This document shows positions 36,589-39,874 of a stretch of DNA of 39,874 bases, one piece after another. Every line of letters starts with the position of its first letter. The first letter of the stretch is position 1. The stretch lies in NCBI GenBank assembly GCA_964556875.1, contig CAZKYD010000003.1, positions 1 through 39,874 of the forward strand, read 5' to 3'. The translations under genes were made by a program, and so were the position numbers. Origin of the DNA: an uncultured Alistipes sp. (lineage in GTDB: Bacteria; Bacteroidota; Bacteroidia; Bacteroidales; Muribaculaceae). The notes beneath the pieces are model-generated. The model searched no databases, was not told the origin of the DNA, and saw nothing but the letters and a program-made list of their open reading frames with translations.

Positions 36589-37590
36589 ATGAAACCGGTA
36601 GCCGTAATCATTCTGAATTGGAACGGCGAGAAGCTCCTCCGCGAGTTTCTCCCCTCGGTTGTTGCCAACACTGATCGAGAGTTGGCCGATGTTATTGTTG
36701 CCGACAATGGGTCGACCGATGGGTCAGTTGAGCTGTTGCGTCGCGAATTCCCGGAGGTAAAACTGCTGAAATTTGAGCAGAATCTCGGTTTCGCCGGTGG
36801 ATATAACCGTGCACTGCGAGAAACAGGATATGAGTTTACCGTACTGCTAAACTCCGATGTTGAGACGCCTCAGGGATGGCTACGCCCCCTTTATGAGTTT
36901 ATGGTTGCCAACCCCAACGCTGCGGCTTGTCAGCCGAAAATCCGCGCTTACACTGACAAGAAGTCGTTTGAATATGCCGGAGCTGCCGGTGGGTTTATCG
37001 ACAGTCACGGCTACCCCTACTGCCGCGGCCGCATTTTCTCGACGGTAGAAGAAGACCATGGGCAGTATGACTCTGAGCTTGAAGTTTTTTGGGCTACAGG
37101 GGCAGCACTGTTTGTGCACACCGAGCGCTATCTTGCCGTTGGTGGTTTAGATGAAAAATTCTTTGCCCACATGGAAGAAATAGACCTCTGTTGGCGCTTG
37201 CTGCTACAAGGTCATTCCTTATGGTGTATCCCTGCCAGCCATGTTTTCCATCTCGGTGGAGGCTCGCTGCCGGTCAACAATCCGCGCAAAACCTATTTGA
37301 ACTTCCGCAACAATCTGTTGTTACTACATAAAAACCTTCCCCTTGCCGATGGTCGCAAGGCGCTGTTCGTGCGCCGTCTGCTCGACACTATCGCCTGGGC
37401 GAAATTTATGCTGACTTTCGACTTCAAAAACGCAAAGGCTATTTTAGACGCCCATCGCGATTTCAGGAAGATGAAGCGCAGCTACACCGACCATCCGGCC
37501 CTAAACCTGCTGACCGGCAACGGCTGCAACCGCCCGAATATCCTCGTAAGATATTACCTCAAAGGTCAGCATCTATTTTCACAGCTCTAA
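36589..37590 (+). CDS. Glycosyltransferase family 2
   Basis: Motifs IILNWNG, DNGSTDGS, NLGFAGGYN, LLNSD, EEIDLCWR and HLGG. Confidence 0.92.
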   Translation: MKPVAVIILNWNGEKLLREFLPSVVANTDRELADVIVADNGSTDGSVELLRREFPEVKLLKFEQNLGFAGGYNRALRETGYEFTVLLNSDVETPQGWLRPLYEFMVANPNAAACQPKIRAYTDKKSFEYAGAAGGFIDSHGYPYCRGRIFSTVEEDHGQYDSELEVFWATGAALFVHTERYLAVGGLDEKFFAHMEEIDLCWRLLLQGHSLWCIPASHVFHLGGGSLPVNNPRKTYLNFRNNLLLLHKNLPLADGRKALFVRRLLDTIAWAKFMLTFDFKNAKAILDAHRDFRKMKRSYTDHPALNLLTGNGCNRPNILVRYYLKGQHLFSQL

Positions 37591-37644
37591 AATCCACCGC
37601 GGCAACGCCCCGCCCGGTCGTAGCCACAATAATATCCGAATACC

Positions 37645-39874
37645 ATGCTTTTACTGACAGCGACTCCCGACTTCGGAAGCCTGATTTCCGACCTCGCCTT
37701 CATCCTGCTCCTTGGTGCTATCGTTACTCTCCTTTTTAAATGGATAAAGCAACCGGTAGTGCTCGGCTACATTGTTGCCGGATTCCTCGCGTCGCCCCAC
37801 TTCAAGCTGCTCCCCTCGGTCACAACGGAGGTCAACATTGAATTCTGGGCTCAAATCGGTATTATCGTCCTACTCTTCTCGTTAGGCTTGGAGTTCAGTT
37901 TTAAGAAGCTGCTCAACACCGGCGGTTCGGCCGTCGTCACCGCCCTGATTATCGTTGTCGGGATGATGGCTACCGGATTTGCCATAGGTCATTTCCTCGG
38001 ATTCTCCACAATCAACAGTCTTTTTCTCGGGGGAATGCTTTCCATGTCCTCCACCACTATTATTATAAAAGCGTTTACCGACCTTAATCTCCGGCAAAAG
38101 AAATTCGCATCGTTGGTATTTGCCGTACTGATTGTCGAAGACCTGTTTGCCGTAGTGATGATGGTGATACTGAGCTCCATCGCCCTTAACAACTCGGTTG
38201 AGGGAGGCGAAATGCTCATGAGTATCAGCAAACTGGTTTTCTTCTTGGTAATCTGGTTTGTTGTCGGGGTTTATGTACTTCCGTCGTTTCTTAACGCCAC
38301 ACGTCGCTTCCTCAACAACGAAACCCTCTTGGTAGTTTCGATGGGGTTATGTTTGTCGATGGCGGTATTCTCGGTGATGTGTGGATTTTCATTAGCGTTG
38401 GGCGCATTCGTAATGGGCTCCATCCTTGCCGGCACGAGCTACGCCGAACGGATTGAACATGTAACCACCCCGGTGAAAGACCTATTCGGCTCGGTATTCT
38501 TCATCTCTGTGGGCATGATGGTCCAGCCGGAGATTCTGGTGCAATACTGGTGGCCTATCCTGCTGCTTTCGGCTGTGGTGATTGTCGGCATGATCGTGTT
38601 CGGCACGTTCGGTATGTTGGTCACCGGCCAGAATCTACGTATAGCCATGCAGTCGGGATTCTCGCTGACGCAGATCGGCGAATTTGCCTTCATTATCGCC
38701 TCGTTAGGTATGAGTTTAGGGGTACTGAAACCGGAAATCTACCCGATTGTGGTAGCGGTTTCGGTAATTACAACCTTCACTACCCCCTATTTCATACGCC
38801 TTTCCAGCCCTGCCTACAACTTTGTTGAGCGTCATCTTCCCCCGAAGCTATACTTCCTGATTGACCGCTACACCGACAGTGCTACCGACAATTCCGACAA
38901 CAGCAAACATAAGGCCTGGTCGGCAATGCTCCGCCGATATATTTGGCGCATCTTGCTCTATTCGATTATCCTTATCGCCATATCCCTGGTAAGCTCGAGC
39001 TACATCCGCCCGCTACTGATAGAATGGTTCCCGAACTGGGGAAAAATGATTTCCTTAGGAATAACGCTTGCGGTGATGTCGCCATTCTTATTGGCGTTGC
39101 TCCTTCCTCCGGCGCTCGACCGCTCCGACGAAGCTTCACGCCTCACCGCCCGCCAGCTGACTATCCCGCGAGTGGTCTTGATGGTGTTCCGTCTGCTTAT
39201 CGCTCTCGGATTCATTATCCATGCCATCTCCGCCAACTATTCGATGAAGATGGGTGTGCTGATCGGATTAGCGTTCTTTATCCTGCTGATAATGCTCTTG
39301 AACCGCAACCTCAACCGCCATCTGCGCAGCATTGAAACTAAATTCATGGAGAACCTCAACGAACGCGAACTGCGCCGCTCCGGAAAGAACAACCGCCTGG
39401 TCAGCGACCTCCACTTAGCTCACATCCCTGTTGGCTACGGCTGCCCGTTTGTGGGGGAACGCCTGCGCAACAGCAACCTGCGCGGACGCTATGGCGTTGA
39501 TGTTGTTATGATTCAGCGTGGCCCCCAAACCATGACCATCCCTTCGGGCGACACCCGCCTCTTCCCCGGCGACACCATCGGTATCATCGGCACCGACGAA
39601 CAGATTGCCAACATCCTCCCGGTTCTTGAAGCGGAAACCGACCCAACTGCCCATGAACATTCAGCCTCGACCACCGAGCTCCATCTCTCCTCCATCATCT
39701 TGAAGCCCAATTCCCCCCTCATCGGGAAGACTCTCGAGACAGCCGGAGTTCGCCGCAACTACAATACCCACGTCGTTGCCCTCCGTCGTGGCGCCGAATT
39801 CATCGACAACATCGCCACCCTCCCCCTCCTCCCCAATGACACCCTCTGGCTCGTAGTTCCCGACCGCCAAACCC
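37645..39874 (+). CDS. Cation:proton antiporter, CPA2 family, with C-terminal TrkA-C (RCK-C) domains; runs off the window end
   Basis: My translation from ATG 37645 reads MLLLTATPDFGSLISDLAFILLLGAIVTLLFKWIKQPVVLGYIVAG, followed by LGLEFS, SMSSTT, EDLFAV, FFISVG and QIGEFAFIIA. The frame is consistent to the end (LRRGAEF..PNDTLWLV). Confidence 0.9.
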   Translation, partial: MLLLTATPDFGSLISDLAFILLLGAIVTLLFKWIKQPVVLGYIVAGFLASPHFKLLPSVTTEVNIEFWAQIGIIVLLFSLGLEFSFKKLLNTGGSAVVTALIIVVGMMATGFAIGHFLGFSTINSLFLGGMLSMSSTTIIIKAFTDLNLRQKKFASLVFAVLIVEDLFAVVMMVILSSIALNNSVEGGEMLMSISKLVFFLVIWFVVGVYVLPSFLNATRRFLNNETLLVVSMGLCLSMAVFSVMCGFSLALGAFVMGSILAGTSYAERIEHVTTPVKDLFGSVFFISVGMMVQPEILVQYWWPILLLSAVVIVGMIVFGTFGMLVTGQNLRIAMQSGFSLTQIGEFAFIIASLGMSLGVLKPEIYPIVVAVSVITTFTTPYFIRLSSPAYNFVERHLPPKLYFLIDRYTDSATDNSDNSKHKAWSAMLRRYIWRILLYSIILIAISLVSSSYIRPLLIEWFPNWGKMISLGITLAVMSPFLLALLLPPALDRSDEASRLTARQLTIPRVVLMVFRLLIALGFIIHAISANYSMKMGVLIGLAFFILLIMLLNRNLNRHLRSIETKFMENLNERELRRSGKNNRLVSDLHLAHIPVGYGCPFVGERLRNSNLRGRYGVDVVMIQRGPQTMTIPSGDTRLFPGDTIGIIGTDEQIANILPVLEAETDPTAHEHSASTTELHLSSIILKPNSPLIGKTLETAGVRRNYNTHVVALRRGAEFIDNIATLPLLPNDTLWLVVPDRQT

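Noticed and set aside
36589-37590. GT2 as the lipid-sugar donor synthase for the GT-C-like pair
   Set aside because: It lacks the GtrB-type architecture, lies 6 kb away and sits in an ordinary mtaB-lpxL-GT2 context.

Overview
Chromosomal, mostly housekeeping segment of a Bacteroidales bacterium. Evidence: TAnnTTTG promoters, no Shine-Dalgarno motifs and signal peptides followed by Gln; Muribaculaceae is a guess only. Order: nqrF (3' end)-murB-murA-nhaD; a secreted CotH-kinase/CBM26-like/T9SS-CTD-like protein; a convergent antitoxin-yafQ pair; a complete arginine operon with ARG boxes (argR-GNAT-argG-argC-argD-argF'-argB-argE-argH); acyltransferase-metallophosphoesterase-tex-folK-like; a minus-strand esterase-esterase-GH3 operon lacking SusC/D; guaA; two tandem paralogous GT-C-like membrane proteins; DUF5683-mltD-serB-mtaB-lpxL-GT2; and a CPA2 antiporter that runs off the window end and is missing from the ORF track. 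I found no RNA genes, CRISPR arrays, IS elements or prophage genes. I cannot demonstrate a new system from sequence alone. The most unusual locus lies after guaA: a terminator-like hairpin overlaps the likely start codon of the first GT-C-like gene, and a perfect 29-bp direct repeat begins both otherwise diverged paralogues. The CotH-CBM26 fusion, the predicted succinyl-type arginine pathway and an 87-nt pyrimidine tract before nhaD also merit follow-up.
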